The notes beneath the pieces are model-generated. The model ran no database searches, was not told the DNA's origin, and saw nothing but the letters and a program-made list of their open reading frames with translations. Below are positions 40,290 through 50,666 of a stretch of 64,000 nucleotides of DNA, one piece after another. How positions within the stretch are numbered: position 1 is the stretch's first letter; each line of letters opens with the position of its first letter. Position numbers and translations under genes: made by a program. The DNA comes from an uncultured delta proteobacterium (GTDB lineage: Bacteria > Myxococcota_A > Polyangia > Polyangiales > Polyangiaceae): the NCBI GenBank assembly GCA_963841435.1, contig CAWJCS010000004.1, positions 704,001 through 768,000 of the forward strand, written 5' to 3'.

Positions 40290-41014
40290 CGCTGAAGGCG
40301 CGCCTCAGGGCCCGCGTCGGACGGCTGGCGCTCGAGGTCAACCTCGAGACGGGGCCGGGCACGCTGGCGCTCGTCGGTCCGAACGGCGCAGGCAAGAGCA
40401 GCGTACTCTCGCTGATCCTGGGGGCGCGCCTGCCCGACGACGGCCGCGTCGAGGCGTCGGGCTCAGTGCTGTACGATGCCGGGGCCGGCGTCAACGTGCC
40501 GCTCGAACGGCGACGGCTCGGCTACGTACCTCAGGATTACGCCCTCTTTCCGCACCTCTCGGTGCGCGACAACGTCGCCTTCGCGCTCACGTCGGCCGAG
40601 CCACACCTCGAACGCCGCGTGGCGCGCGAGCGCGTCGCGCGTCTGCTCGACGAGCTCGGTCTCGAGTCGCAAGCCGAGCGTCGCCCCGCGACGCTGTCTG
40701 GCGGCGAGCGGCAACGCCTGGCTCTCGCGCGCGCCCTCGCTCTCGGCCCGCGTGCGCTTTTGCTCGACGAGCCACTGGCGGCGCTCGACGTGCAAAAGCG
40801 AGCCAAGGTCCGCCACTTTCTCGCGACGACGCTCGAACGTCTCGCGCTGCCCACGATCCTGGTCACGCACGACCCGCTCGATGCGCGCCTGCTCGGGACG
40901 CGCGTCGCCGTGCTCGAAGACGGCCGCATCACCCAGCTCGGCAGCTTCTCCGAGCTCGCGGAGCGCCCGCAGTCGAGCTTCGTGGAGGAATTCGTGAGGA
41001 CCGCCGGTGGCTGA
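40286..41014 (+). CDS. modC: Molybdate ABC transporter ATPase
   Basis: GPNGAGKS, QDYALFPHL, LSGGE, LLLDEP. Confidence 0.88.
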   Translation: MTLKARLRARVGRLALEVNLETGPGTLALVGPNGAGKSSVLSLILGARLPDDGRVEASGSVLYDAGAGVNVPLERRRLGYVPQDYALFPHLSVRDNVAFALTSAEPHLERRVARERVARLLDELGLESQAERRPATLSGGERQRLALARALALGPRALLLDEPLAALDVQKRAKVRHFLATTLERLALPTILVTHDPLDARLLGTRVAVLEDGRITQLGSFSELAERPQSSFVEEFVRTAGG

Positions 41015-42665
41015 CGCGTTGCGCTCCCTGGCCACCCGTTGGGCTCCTGCTGCCGGTGGCGTCATCCTCGCTGCGTTCGTCGTCGCGACGCAGTTTCCGG
41101 CAGCCGGCAACGACGACAGCCACATCACGTTCTGGGTGGCCCACGCGCTCGCCAAGCACGGCGCGGTCGTCAACTACGACGGCTTCCCAGTCGAGCAGAC
41201 CAGCAGCCTGTCACTGGCTTTCGTCTTGTCGCTCGCCGAGCGCATCGGGCTTTCAATCCCGAGCGCTGCCTGGGTCTTCGGGTTGCTCTGCGCGGCCGCG
41301 TCGGTGGCGCTTTCGTCCGGCCCGGAGCGCGAGCTCGAGGGACCACGCGCGATCTTCGCGCCGGTCCTCGTGGCAAGCTCTCTCCCCTTTCTCTACTGGA
41401 GCACGAGCGGCATGGAGGGGACGTTCATGGCCGCGCTCGGACTGTTGGTCGCGTTCGCCGCGGGCAGGCTCATCGACGCCGAGCGCGCGCCGAGGGCCCG
41501 CGAGCTCGTCGGCACCGGCCTTTTGGCGCTCGGGTTTGCGCTCGCGCGTCCGGAGGCGCCCATCGAGCTTTGCTCCATGGCTGCGGCTGCCGCCGCGCTC
41601 TCGATGCTGCGCGCGCTCTCGGACGAGGGTGCCGGGCGCTTCCGCCACACCGTTCGTGCGCTCGTCGCCGTGGGCGCGTCGGTCGTGCTTTCGCTCGGCA
41701 TCGCGCTCGCGCGCACCCTCGCTTTCGGTGTGCCGGTTCCGAACCCCGCGGCGGTCAAGACCCACGCCTTCGCGCTCGAGCCCGGGGTCGCGTACCTCGT
41801 CAACGTGTTCACGCTGTCGAGTCCATATCTGCCAATCGTTGCGCTTGCTGGCGCCGTCTTGGTCGTACGCGGGGGCATCGCCCGGCGGATGTCGTCCTGG
41901 CTCGCCATGGTGCTCGGCTTTTGCGTGGCGGCGCTCTCGTTCGTCGTCGTGAGTGGCGGCGACTGGATGCCCTGCGCACGCCTGCTCGTTCCCGCCGTGC
42001 CGGGCCTCGCCATCCTCGCTGCGGAGGCGCTCGGGACGCTCGCGCTCCGCTCGCGCCTGCTCGCTTCCATGATCGGCGTCGGCCTCGTCGCGCACGGCAC
42101 TTCGCGCGCGGTCGCCTTCGGGTCGTCGCCGCAAAATGGCAGCTACCGAGCCGAGGAAGCCCACGCGGGCGCCGCCCTTTTCCCGCACGCCGCCGGCTAC
42201 GCCTTCGCCGAGCTCGCCAATCGCGCCCACCGCCGCGATGCGAGGCTCCTCGAGCGCTTGATGCCCATTGCGCGGAGCGCGCGGCCGACGCGAGAGCGCC
42301 CGATCACGCTCATGTCCGGCCAGGCCGGCATGGTGCCGTACTACGTGTTTCGTGAGTTCTACGGGTCGGCGCGCTTCATCGACCTCTACGCTCTCACCGA
42401 TCCGCGACCGCTCGACTGCCTGCCGGAGCGGGCCCGTGCATTTCAGCTCCAGGGCGCGTGGCTCAGCCCTGCCTACATCATCGACCACGCCGACGAGCTC
42501 TCGGAGGACTGTGGTCTCGGCCGCCCCGACATCGTGTTCAGCACCGGCCGCTTTCCGCGCTATCTCGCCAAGCGCGGCTACCGAAAGGTCTATCAAGGCC
42601 CACGCGGCATGGAGGCGTTCATCGCCGTCGACGAGGACAGGTTCGGCGAAGCCCCTCCACGTTGA
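41007..42665 (+). CDS. Polytopic membrane protein, putative GT-C glycosyltransferase-like
   Basis: DDSHITF, VE.TSS, SGME, RPE, GGDWM..AR, AG.VPY, ID..ALTD. Confidence 0.65.
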   Translation: MADALRSLATRWAPAAGGVILAAFVVATQFPAAGNDDSHITFWVAHALAKHGAVVNYDGFPVEQTSSLSLAFVLSLAERIGLSIPSAAWVFGLLCAAASVALSSGPERELEGPRAIFAPVLVASSLPFLYWSTSGMEGTFMAALGLLVAFAAGRLIDAERAPRARELVGTGLLALGFALARPEAPIELCSMAAAAAALSMLRALSDEGAGRFRHTVRALVAVGASVVLSLGIALARTLAFGVPVPNPAAVKTHAFALEPGVAYLVNVFTLSSPYLPIVALAGAVLVVRGGIARRMSSWLAMVLGFCVAALSFVVVSGGDWMPCARLLVPAVPGLAILAAEALGTLALRSRLLASMIGVGLVAHGTSRAVAFGSSPQNGSYRAEEAHAGAALFPHAAGYAFAELANRAHRRDARLLERLMPIARSARPTRERPITLMSGQAGMVPYYVFREFYGSARFIDLYALTDPRPLDCLPERARAFQLQGAWLSPAYIIDHADELSEDCGLGRPDIVFSTGRFPRYLAKRGYRKVYQGPRGMEAFIAVDEDRFGEAPPR

Positions 42666-42713
42666 GCGCCGCCGCGTCGCCGCCGGCCCACGGCTCCGCT
42701 ACGCTTCGCCACG

Positions 42714-43958
42714 ATGCCCGAGCGCGAACGGCTCATCCTGCACGCCGATATGGACGCGTTCTATGCGTCCATCGAGCAGCGGGACCATCCAGAGCTGCGC
42801 GGCAAGCCGGTCATCGTCGGCGCCGCGTCCGCGCGAGGCGTCGTGGCCGCTGCGTCCTACGAGGCGAGGCGCTTCGGCGTGAAGAGCGCCATGCCGGGAT
42901 TTCGCGCGCGCGAGCTGTGTCCGGACGGCGTATTCCTACCTTCGAACATGGAACACTACGTTGCCGTATCGGCTGAAGTGCACGAGGTGTTCTTGTCGTT
43001 CACTCCGGAGATCGAGCCTCTCGCGCTCGACGAGGCCTTTCTCAACGTCACGGGCTCGCTCGGCCTGTTCGGCGACCCGGAGACGCTCGCGCGCAAGCTC
43101 AAGGCGGCGGTGCACGAACGCACCGAGCTCAACGTCTCCGTCGGGGTCGCGCCCAACAAGCTCGTCGCGAAGATCGCCTGCACGCTGGGAAAGCCCGATG
43201 GGCTCGAGGTCGTCGCGCCTGGCCGCGTCCGTGCCCTGCTCGACCCCTTGCCGATCCGTCGCCTTTGGGGCGTCGGTCCCGTGCTGGGCGCGCGCCTCGC
43301 GGCGCTCGGCATCGAGACGTTCGCCGATCTGTCGGGCTACGACGCGCGCGCACTTTTCGAAGCGATCGGCGACCGCGCGGCCGCGCTGCAAGCGCTCGCC
43401 CGCGGCGAGGACGATCGTCCCGTGGAAGCGGACCGCGCGCCCAAGTCGTATGGCGAGGAGAACACGTTCGAAAGCGACGTTTCCGATCGCGGGCGCGTGA
43501 CGGCGGCGCTCACGGCGCACGCAGAAGCGGTCGCGCGCCGCGTCCGGCACGACGGGTACGCGGGCCGTACCGTGACGCTCAAGGCGAAGCTCGCACGCGC
43601 GCGCGGCCGGCGTGAGTCGCGCGACATTGCCGGTGGGTCGGAGCCAAGTTATCCCCTTGTCACGCGCTCCAAAACTTTAGAGCACCCAACCGACGACGGC
43701 GCCACGATCCGCGCGCTCGCGGTCGCGCTCTGGGACGCTTCCGGCATCGACGAGCCCGTGCGACTGCTCGGTGTGTCGCTCTCGAGCCTCGAGCCGCGCT
43801 CGGCCGAGCAGCTCGAGCTGTTTCCGGAGCGCCAGGCCGCGCTCGGCGCTGCGCTCGACGCCATCCAGGAGCGCTTCGGCGAGCGTGCGATTTCGCGCGC
43901 GGTCGACCGCCCCGAAAAGATTACGCACGGCCGAACGAAGAAGCGCGGCGAACCCTGA
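42714..43958 (+). CDS. dinB: DNA polymerase IV
   Basis: HADMDAFYAS, ASYEARRFGV.SAMP, LDEAFL, KPDG. Confidence 0.95.
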   Translation: MPERERLILHADMDAFYASIEQRDHPELRGKPVIVGAASARGVVAAASYEARRFGVKSAMPGFRARELCPDGVFLPSNMEHYVAVSAEVHEVFLSFTPEIEPLALDEAFLNVTGSLGLFGDPETLARKLKAAVHERTELNVSVGVAPNKLVAKIACTLGKPDGLEVVAPGRVRALLDPLPIRRLWGVGPVLGARLAALGIETFADLSGYDARALFEAIGDRAAALQALARGEDDRPVEADRAPKSYGEENTFESDVSDRGRVTAALTAHAEAVARRVRHDGYAGRTVTLKAKLARARGRRESRDIAGGSEPSYPLVTRSKTLEHPTDDGATIRALAVALWDASGIDEPVRLLGVSLSSLEPRSAEQLELFPERQAALGAALDAIQERFGERAISRAVDRPEKITHGRTKKRGEP

Positions 43959-44057
43959 GGCCCCGGGCCGGCGCCTCGGGCGCGCGTGACGTTTTTCCTA
44001 TTCGAACGAGGAAGGAGCCACGCTAGGCTCGGGGTTTCGAGGCGGCAGGCGCGGGGC

Positions 44058-47000
44058 ATGCAGACGAGCGGCGACAGCGGGCGGCAGCCAAACCACTTCG
44101 AGGGGCTTTTTCGCAAGGAGCTCGGCCTCGCCGAAGAGGAGTGTGCCGTCGCGACGGGCGCATCGGACGAGCCTCGAGTGACGTTCGTAGCGCGCGATAC
44201 CGTCGGCCTCTCGCTCTCGGGCGGTGGTATCCGCAGCGCGACCTTCAACCTGGGCCTCTTGCAGGCGCTCGCCGAGCTCGGCTGGCTCGGACATTTCGAC
44301 TACCTCTCGACCGTCTCGGGGGGCGGCTACGTCGGCGGGTTCTTCTCCGTCTATCTCGCGCGCCGGGGCAGAGCCGGCGAGCCACCGATCTTTCCGGGCG
44401 GTTCCGGTCCGGAGCCGAAGGAGATCCGGCATCTGCGCGAGTTCGGCAATTTCCTCGCGCCGCGCGTCGGCTTCTTCCAGAACGAGACCTGGACGCTCAT
44501 CACGTCGTTTTTGGCGGCGCTCGCGCCCGGCGTCACGGTCACGACGGCGCTCGGCGTCCTGTTCGTCAACGGGGTACTCGGCGTGGGCTGGTTGCTCGAT
44601 ACCCACCGGCTCGCGGCGTTCTTCGCGCTTTCGTTCGTCCACCTCCTCGCCACCGAAGTCTCCTGGCAGAAGACGAAGAAGGCGATGCCCGAGGACCGAC
44701 GCACGGGCGTCTACGTTTTCGCGAGCGTGCTCCTCGTTTTGGTCGGTGCCTTCGTCCTCGCCCGCTTCGTCGCCGGAGAGCGCTTTTTCGCGCGCCCCTT
44801 CCCCGTGCTCGGCGGCTGGGCTGCGCCCGGTGCCGGCTGGTTCGCCTCGCGCTGGCTGCTTTCGCGCTTCGTGAGCCCCCAGGCGCGGGGTGCCGTCGAC
44901 CGGGCCGCCGTGCGGCTGCTCGCGCTCTGTGGGGTGGTCGGCGTCACGGCGGTTGGGCTTCAGTTGGCCGTGCTCGTCGAGGGCGGGCTGCTCTCGTCCT
45001 GGGTCGCGCCGACCGGGGCCGCGATCTCGGGTGGGCTGTTCGGGCTGCTGATCAAGAAGGTTTCCACGCAAACGCGCGAGAAGGCCGTCGATTTCGCCAA
45101 GGATGCGCTAAAGCGCAGGCTTCCGCAGGTCCTGTCGCTCGCTTCCCTCGCGCTGATGCTCGTGAGCGTCGCGACGCTCGTGGTCTTCTCGTGGGCGGAG
45201 CCGTCACGTCGTGCGTTCGGCCAACCGCTCGGTCCCTTCGTGCTCGAAGTGGCCGCCGCCACGGTGCTCGTCGCGCTCGTGCTGTTCGACCCGAAAAAGA
45301 TCGGGCTGCACGCGGCGTACAGCGGTCGCATCGCTCGCGCGTTCCTGGGTGCCGTGTACACGGGAGACACCGAGCGGCGCGCCACGGCCGATTCCAGCAA
45401 GGACGACCTCGCCTTCGCGCGGATGCCCGCGCGCCCGTTGCACCTGGTCTGCTGCACGGCGAACGACCTCGCCGGTGACCCGCTCGCGACGCTCGACCGC
45501 GGTGGTCAGAGCGCCACGCTTTCGCGCCATGGGTTCGCGATTGCCGATCGCCATCGACCGCTCCTCGACAGGGAGATCGGCCTGGCATCGGCGCTCACGG
45601 CCTCGGCGGCGGCCTTCAACTCGAACATGGGCTCGTTCTCGGTGTGGCTCGGCCGTGCCTCGACGTTCCTCATGTCGGCGTTGAACCTCAGGCTCGGTTG
45701 CTGGCTCGCGCACCCGCGCTCCCTTTCACGCCACGAGCTTGCGACGCCCGGCTGCCTGTACTTTACGGAGCTTTTCGGCCTCACGCGCGCGCAGGGCAAC
45801 TGGGTGCACCTCTCCGACGGCGGCCATTTCGAGAACCTCGCGCTCTACGAGCTCGTGCGCCGTCGCACACGCTACGTTGTCGTGAGTGACGCGGGCCGCG
45901 ACCCCGAATCGTCGTTCGACGATCTCGGCAACGCGCTCGCCCGCATCCGCACCGACTTCGGCGTGGAGGTCCGCCTCGACCTTTGCGAGCTCCGACCGGA
46001 CGCCGATGGGCTCTGCCGTGGCCATGGCGCCGTGGGCGAGATCGTGTACGGGCCGAACGAGTTCGGATTGCTCCTCTACCTGCGTCCCGCGCTCACGGGT
46101 GACGAGCCCGAGGACGTGCGAAAGTACCGTCGCAAGCACCCCGATTTCCCGCACGAGAGCACGGGCGACCAGTTCTACGGCGAGGAGCAGTGGGAGGCGT
46201 ATCGCCGCCTCGGGCACCATGTGGCTCGGTCCATTTTCGGCCGGCCCGAGCTCGCGGAGCTCGCGCCGAAGCGGCGTACGAGCGAGCTCTTCCAGATCCT
46301 GCGTCAGGCGCTCTACCCGCTCGAGCCCGGCGTCGAGGAGACGTTTCTCGAGCTCACGGCGCGCTATGGAGCGCTCGAGGCGCGCATCGGCGCGGAGGCG
46401 CCGCCGTCGTTCTTGGCCGAGCTCTACCCCGAGCTCTTCCCCCCACCGTCGGGGGCGAAGGAGCGCGATGCGGCAACGGACCGGTCGGCTTCACTCTCGC
46501 TCTCCCTCGCGATGGCGCAGCTCATCGAGGACGTCGTGGTGGGCGGCAAGCTCTCGGCGAACGAGACGCATCCGTTGAACCTCGGGTGGACGAACGTCTT
46601 CAGCCGCTGGACTCGCACCCCGACCTTTCGCCTCTTCTGGCCGCTCTTGCGCCCGGGCTTCAACGCGGAGGCGCGGCGCTTCGTCGAGCACGAGCTCGGC
46701 GTGCCGAGCGGACTCTTGAGTCTCGAGGCGAGCCGGGGCACACCGTGGTCGTTCGCACTCTGCCTCGAGTCCGAAGGGGTCCCGGCCATCGCCGTTCCCG
46801 TCGCGACGGTCACGCTCGATGTCGCCCGGGGCGAGGCGAGCTTCACGCCCGACGGCTTCGTGGTCGCGCCGGGTTTCTGGGGAGCCGGCGTCGGGACACG
46901 CGTGCTCGAGCTCCTGCTCGAGGAGCTCCGTGCCGAGGCGGGCGTCGACCGCGTCTTGGTCGTCCCGGAGTCGTCCGCGAGCACGCCGCACGACCGCGGC

Positions 47001-47138
47001 GAGGTGCGCGAGCGCGCCGCGGGCCTGCAGTTTTTCCTGTCGCACGGCTTTCAGGCGAGGCGCGACGGCACGCTCGAGCTCGTGCTCCACCCCGCGCGGC
47101 CCCGTCAGGAGACGGGCTCGAGCATCACGACCGAGTAG
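44058..47138 (+). CDS. Membrane patatin-like phospholipase with C-terminal GNAT-like domain
   Basis: SGGGIRSA, STVSGG, SDGGHFENL; central TMs; V.PGFWGAGVGT...FFLSHGF. Confidence 0.78.
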   Translation: MQTSGDSGRQPNHFEGLFRKELGLAEEECAVATGASDEPRVTFVARDTVGLSLSGGGIRSATFNLGLLQALAELGWLGHFDYLSTVSGGGYVGGFFSVYLARRGRAGEPPIFPGGSGPEPKEIRHLREFGNFLAPRVGFFQNETWTLITSFLAALAPGVTVTTALGVLFVNGVLGVGWLLDTHRLAAFFALSFVHLLATEVSWQKTKKAMPEDRRTGVYVFASVLLVLVGAFVLARFVAGERFFARPFPVLGGWAAPGAGWFASRWLLSRFVSPQARGAVDRAAVRLLALCGVVGVTAVGLQLAVLVEGGLLSSWVAPTGAAISGGLFGLLIKKVSTQTREKAVDFAKDALKRRLPQVLSLASLALMLVSVATLVVFSWAEPSRRAFGQPLGPFVLEVAAATVLVALVLFDPKKIGLHAAYSGRIARAFLGAVYTGDTERRATADSSKDDLAFARMPARPLHLVCCTANDLAGDPLATLDRGGQSATLSRHGFAIADRHRPLLDREIGLASALTASAAAFNSNMGSFSVWLGRASTFLMSALNLRLGCWLAHPRSLSRHELATPGCLYFTELFGLTRAQGNWVHLSDGGHFENLALYELVRRRTRYVVVSDAGRDPESSFDDLGNALARIRTDFGVEVRLDLCELRPDADGLCRGHGAVGEIVYGPNEFGLLLYLRPALTGDEPEDVRKYRRKHPDFPHESTGDQFYGEEQWEAYRRLGHHVARSIFGRPELAELAPKRRTSELFQILRQALYPLEPGVEETFLELTARYGALEARIGAEAPPSFLAELYPELFPPPSGAKERDAATDRSASLSLSLAMAQLIEDVVVGGKLSANETHPLNLGWTNVFSRWTRTPTFRLFWPLLRPGFNAEARRFVEHELGVPSGLLSLEASRGTPWSFALCLESEGVPAIAVPVATVTLDVARGEASFTPDGFVVAPGFWGAGVGTRVLELLLEELRAEAGVDRVLVVPESSASTPHDRGEVRERAAGLQFFLSHGFQARRDGTLELVLHPARPRQETGSSITTE

Positions 47139-47659
47139 CCGACGGCGCGCTCGCGCCCGGGATTCAGGTACGAATGCCGTTGGTCGCCCCGAAACACGAC
47201 AACGTCACCGGGCTCGACACGGAACGTATCGCCCGACGCCACGAGCTCGATCACCCCGACCTCGCAGGTCAGATACTCGCGCGTTCCGGGCGTGTGGGGG
47301 ACGCCCACGAGGCGCTCGCCTGCCGGCAGCTCGAGTCGCTCCATGAGCATGCCGGGCACGTTGTCGGGCAACAGCGAGCTGACCTCGACCCCGCCGCGTT
47401 TGCGCGAGGGCAGGGCGCCCTTCGGGTAGTGCCTGGCATTGGCGCGCGGCTGTGCGACGAGCTCCTCGAGCGAAACCTGCAGCGCGACGGCGACGGCGTG
47501 GAGCACGGCGAGGGTCGGGTTCGCGGTGCCCGATTCGAGGTTCGCCCACGTCGCTCGCGGTAGCCGCGAGATCTTGGACATCTGCTGCTGCGTCAGCCCG
47601 CGCCCCTGGCGCAGCTGACGGACGTTGGCGGCGAGCCGGGCCGCGAGATCGTCACTCAT
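47105..47659 (-). CDS. XRE-family HTH + cupin transcriptional regulator
   Basis: LR..RGLTQ, LESG.ANPTL, H.PG.RE, GD...F.GD..H.Y.N. Confidence 0.9.
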   Translation of the reverse strand: MSDDLAARLAANVRQLRQGRGLTQQQMSKISRLPRATWANLESGTANPTLAVLHAVAVALQVSLEELVAQPRANARHYPKGALPSRKRGGVEVSSLLPDNVPGMLMERLELPAGERLVGVPHTPGTREYLTCEVGVIELVASGDTFRVEPGDVVVFRGDQRHSYLNPGRERAVGYSVVMLEPVS

Positions 47660-47779
47660 CGTTCGCGCTCCTGCCGCGGCGCCGAGTCGGCTTTCCGCAA
47701 GCGTGTCGGCACGATGACCTTATTCCAATCCCTTGTCAACCCTGCCACCAAACGAGCGAAGCGGGATCAAGCTCGTAGT

Positions 47780-48508
47780 ATGTCCAACGAAAAGCTTCTT
47801 TCCGTGATGGTGACCGGGGCGAGCCGCGGGCTTGGTCGCGCCCTCGCCGAGCGGCTCGCGGCCGATGGTGCACGAGTCGTGCTCGTGGCTCGCGGCGAGA
47901 CAGCGCTCGCCGAAGCGGTCGGAGCGATCCGGGCTCGCGGCGGCGAAGCCTACGGCCTCAGCGCCGACCTCGGCGACAAGCTCGCGGTGTACCCGCTCGC
48001 CGGCGCCGCCGCGGAGCTCGTCGGACCTCTCGACCTGCTCGTCCACAACGCGAGCGAGCTCGGGCCGACGCCGTTGCGGCCCCTCCTCGACACCGCCTGC
48101 GAGGACCTCGAGCGCGTGCTCGCCGTGAATCTGATCGGTCCGTTTCGTCTTTCGAAGATCGTCGCCGGTTCGATGGCGCTGCGCGGCCGGGGAACGATCG
48201 TCCACGTGAGCTCGGACGCCGCGGTGAACGCCTACCCGGGCTGGGGGGCATACGGCGTATCGAAGGCGGCCTTCGATCACCTCGCGCGCTCCTTCGCGAG
48301 CGAGCTCGGCGCGCACGGCGTGCGCCTCTTCAGCGTGGACCCAGGTGAGATGGACACCGCGATGCATCGCGCCGCTCTGCCGGAGGCGGATCCGAGCACG
48401 TTGCTCGATCCTCGGGGCGTTGCCGAGCGCATCGTACGCATGCTCCGCAGCGACGGCGTCGAAAACGGGGCAAGGCTCGAAGCTGCGTCGTTCGAGGCTC
48501 TGTCGTGA
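47780..48508 (+). CDS. Short-chain dehydrogenase/reductase
   Basis: TGASRGLG, HNAS, YGVSK, VDPGEMDT. Confidence 0.9.
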   Translation: MSNEKLLSVMVTGASRGLGRALAERLAADGARVVLVARGETALAEAVGAIRARGGEAYGLSADLGDKLAVYPLAGAAAELVGPLDLLVHNASELGPTPLRPLLDTACEDLERVLAVNLIGPFRLSKIVAGSMALRGRGTIVHVSSDAAVNAYPGWGAYGVSKAAFDHLARSFASELGAHGVRLFSVDPGEMDTAMHRAALPEADPSTLLDPRGVAERIVRMLRSDGVENGARLEAASFEALS

Positions 48509-49570
48509 GCACGATGCGCGTGCTCGAGCCGGCGCGCAGCCCGGACCGGAAGAAGCCCGCGAGGCTTCTCGAGCTCGAAACGGGCGCGCCACCCCGCGAT
48601 CACTCGCTTTCCGAGCTTCCCTCTCTGCTCGATGCCGGGGACCTCGTCGTCGTCAACGACGCAGCGACGCTGCCGGCCTCGCTCGCGCTCGACTCGCACG
48701 ACGGCGAGCTTCGCCTCGCGGGCTTCGCACCCGGCGGTGCGTTCCGCGCTGTGCTCTTCGGCGCGGGCACGTACCGCGTGCCCACCGAGGCGCGTGGTCC
48801 GGCGCCGCGCCTCGCCCCCGGCGATCGTGGTGCAGCCGGGGAGCTCGGGTTCGAGGTGCTCTCGGTTCAACGCCGACGAGCCCAGGCTCGTGACGGTCGG
48901 CTTCGACCGGTCGGACGCAGAGCTGATGAGCGCGCTCTACCGCGTGGGGCGCGTCGTTCAATACGCGTACCTCGAGCGGCCGCTCGCACTCTGGGACGTG
49001 CAAACTGGCTACGCCTCCCGCCCCTTTGCTTTCGAGCCACCTTCGGCCGGGCTTTCGCTGTCGTTCGAGCTCTTCGGCGCCATGAGGGCGCGAGGGGCGC
49101 GCCTCGCGCGCGTGACGCACGCGGCCGGCCTCTCCTCGACGGGCTCGGCGGCGCTCGATCGCCGCCTGCCGCTGCCCGAGCGCTACGACGTGCCGGAGGA
49201 GACCGGGCTCGCCATCGAACGAACACGGCAGGCGGGCGGCCGCGTCGTCGCGGTGGGCACGACCGTCGTGCGGGCGCTCGAGAGCGCCGCCGCGAGCGGC
49301 AAGCTTCGCACCGGGGAGGGCACGGCGACGCTCGTGCTCGGCAAGGGATTTCGTCGTCGCGTGGTCGACGATCTGCTCACGGGGATGCACGTCGAGGGCA
49401 CGAGTCACTTCGCTCTCCTCGAAGCCTTCGTCGGTCGAGAGCTGCTGACCGAGGGTCTCGAGGTTGCGGCCGCGCTCGGCTACGAGGAGCACGAGTTCGG
49501 AGATCTCTGTCTCGTTCGCGGCAAGGGCCTGTGCGCCGTCGCCTCGACCGGGTGGCCACTGTGTGCATGA
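48505..49570 (+). pseudogene. QueA-family protein split by a +1 frameshift near 48866
   Basis: GDLVVVND in frame 1; E.PSAG, H.AG.SS, VAVGTTVVRALES, LLTG.H, Y..HEFGD in frame 2. Confidence 0.8.
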
Positions 49571-49802
49571 GCGATCCGACGCCGCCCCCCGGCGCAACGA
49601 GCCCGGTGCTCGAGGGCCTGCACCGCTGGTTCGCTCGCACGGCTGCACCCGGGTGACGCGCACTGTCACTTTGGCGAGGCCCCGGCGGGAGCGTGTCTCG
49701 ACCGCGACAACGTGACCAAACTCACCCTGAGGCCGGCGACGATCGGCGCGTGCGCGCGACCGCCGGGCGTCGAAGTGAGCGCGCGTGACCCACGGGTCGG
49801 CG

Positions 49803-49818
49803 CGGCACGCGCTTTGCT
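49803..49818 (+). promoter_or_regulatory. Putative sigma54 -24/-12 promoter
   Basis: CGGCACGcgctTTGCT; upstream palindromes at 49653-49669 and 49694-49709. Confidence 0.68.
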
Positions 49819-49829
49819 GAGGGTTGAGC

Positions 49830-50222
49830 ATGACGATTCGAACACCGAGACGTCCCTCGCGGGGCGTGACGCTTTTCGAAGTGCTCATCGTCGTGGCGAT
49901 TCTCGCGCTCATCGCGTCCGCGGTCGGCATCGCGGCTTTCGACGCGTGGAAGAGAGCGCAGATCGAGCACGCGACCAGCAACGCCCGAGAAATGCGCCAC
50001 GCCGTGAAGACCTTCTGGGTGCAGCGCGACGCGACCGTGTGCCCGGACGTCGAGCGCCTCCTCAGCGATGGCTTGCTCGAGCGTGGCAGTCCGAAGCGCG
50101 ATCCTTGGGGCGGAGCCTGGGTGATCGAGTGTGACGGGGAGGATGCGACCGTCGTCTCCGCCGGGCCCGATCGCCAGCGCGGCACCAGCGACGACATCCG
50201 CGCGCCGCCGCTCGATGGTTAG
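49830..50222 (+). CDS. Prepilin-type protein, GspG/pseudopilin-like
   Basis: RG|VTLFEVLIVVAIL cleavage motif, DPWG, SAGPD..GT.DDI. Confidence 0.88.
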   Translation: MTIRTPRRPSRGVTLFEVLIVVAILALIASAVGIAAFDAWKRAQIEHATSNAREMRHAVKTFWVQRDATVCPDVERLLSDGLLERGSPKRDPWGGAWVIECDGEDATVVSAGPDRQRGTSDDIRAPPLDG

Positions 50223-50240
50223 CCGAGCCCAGCGGGCTCG

Positions 50241-50618
50241 CTACGGTGCCGGTTTCGCGCCGGAGGAGGCGTGGGTGCGCGCCGCGGTGTCGTCCCCGGC
50301 CAGCTTCCATTCGAGCGTCTCGGGGTCTTCCTCGAAGCAAGGCAGGTTCCCGACGCAGGGCGGTTTCACCGACGCGGGGCGGCAGCCGCGATCCGTGCAG
50401 TGGACGAGCGTGTACATGAAGTTGCACGCCACCGCGTACTCGCGCACGCTCGGTGTCTCGCGGTTCAGAGCCACTTCGAGCTCGCTTCGCCCGCATTGAA
50501 GGTTTCGCGCGCCGACGTCGAGGACGGCGTCGGGAGCGCTCGCGCAGCCTGCAAATGAGCCCAAGGTAAGCGCCGCGAGCGCGCCCGCGCGGGCGCGTTT
50601 CGAGCCTCGTTTCGACAT
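50241..50618 (-). CDS. Hypothetical Cys-rich lipoprotein
   Basis: Lipobox FAGC, several Cys. Confidence 0.65.
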   Translation of the reverse strand: MSKRGSKRARAGALAALTLGSFAGCASAPDAVLDVGARNLQCGRSELEVALNRETPSVREYAVACNFMYTLVHCTDRGCRPASVKPPCVGNLPCFEEDPETLEWKLAGDDTAARTHASSGAKPAP

Positions 50619-50666
50619 GCACGCTACGACACGGCGAAAGCCACGGGGCTTGGGTATGATCACGGC

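Noticed and set aside
49567-49656. 29-codon ORF overlapping the QueA-like stop
   Set aside because: Too short and featureless to support.
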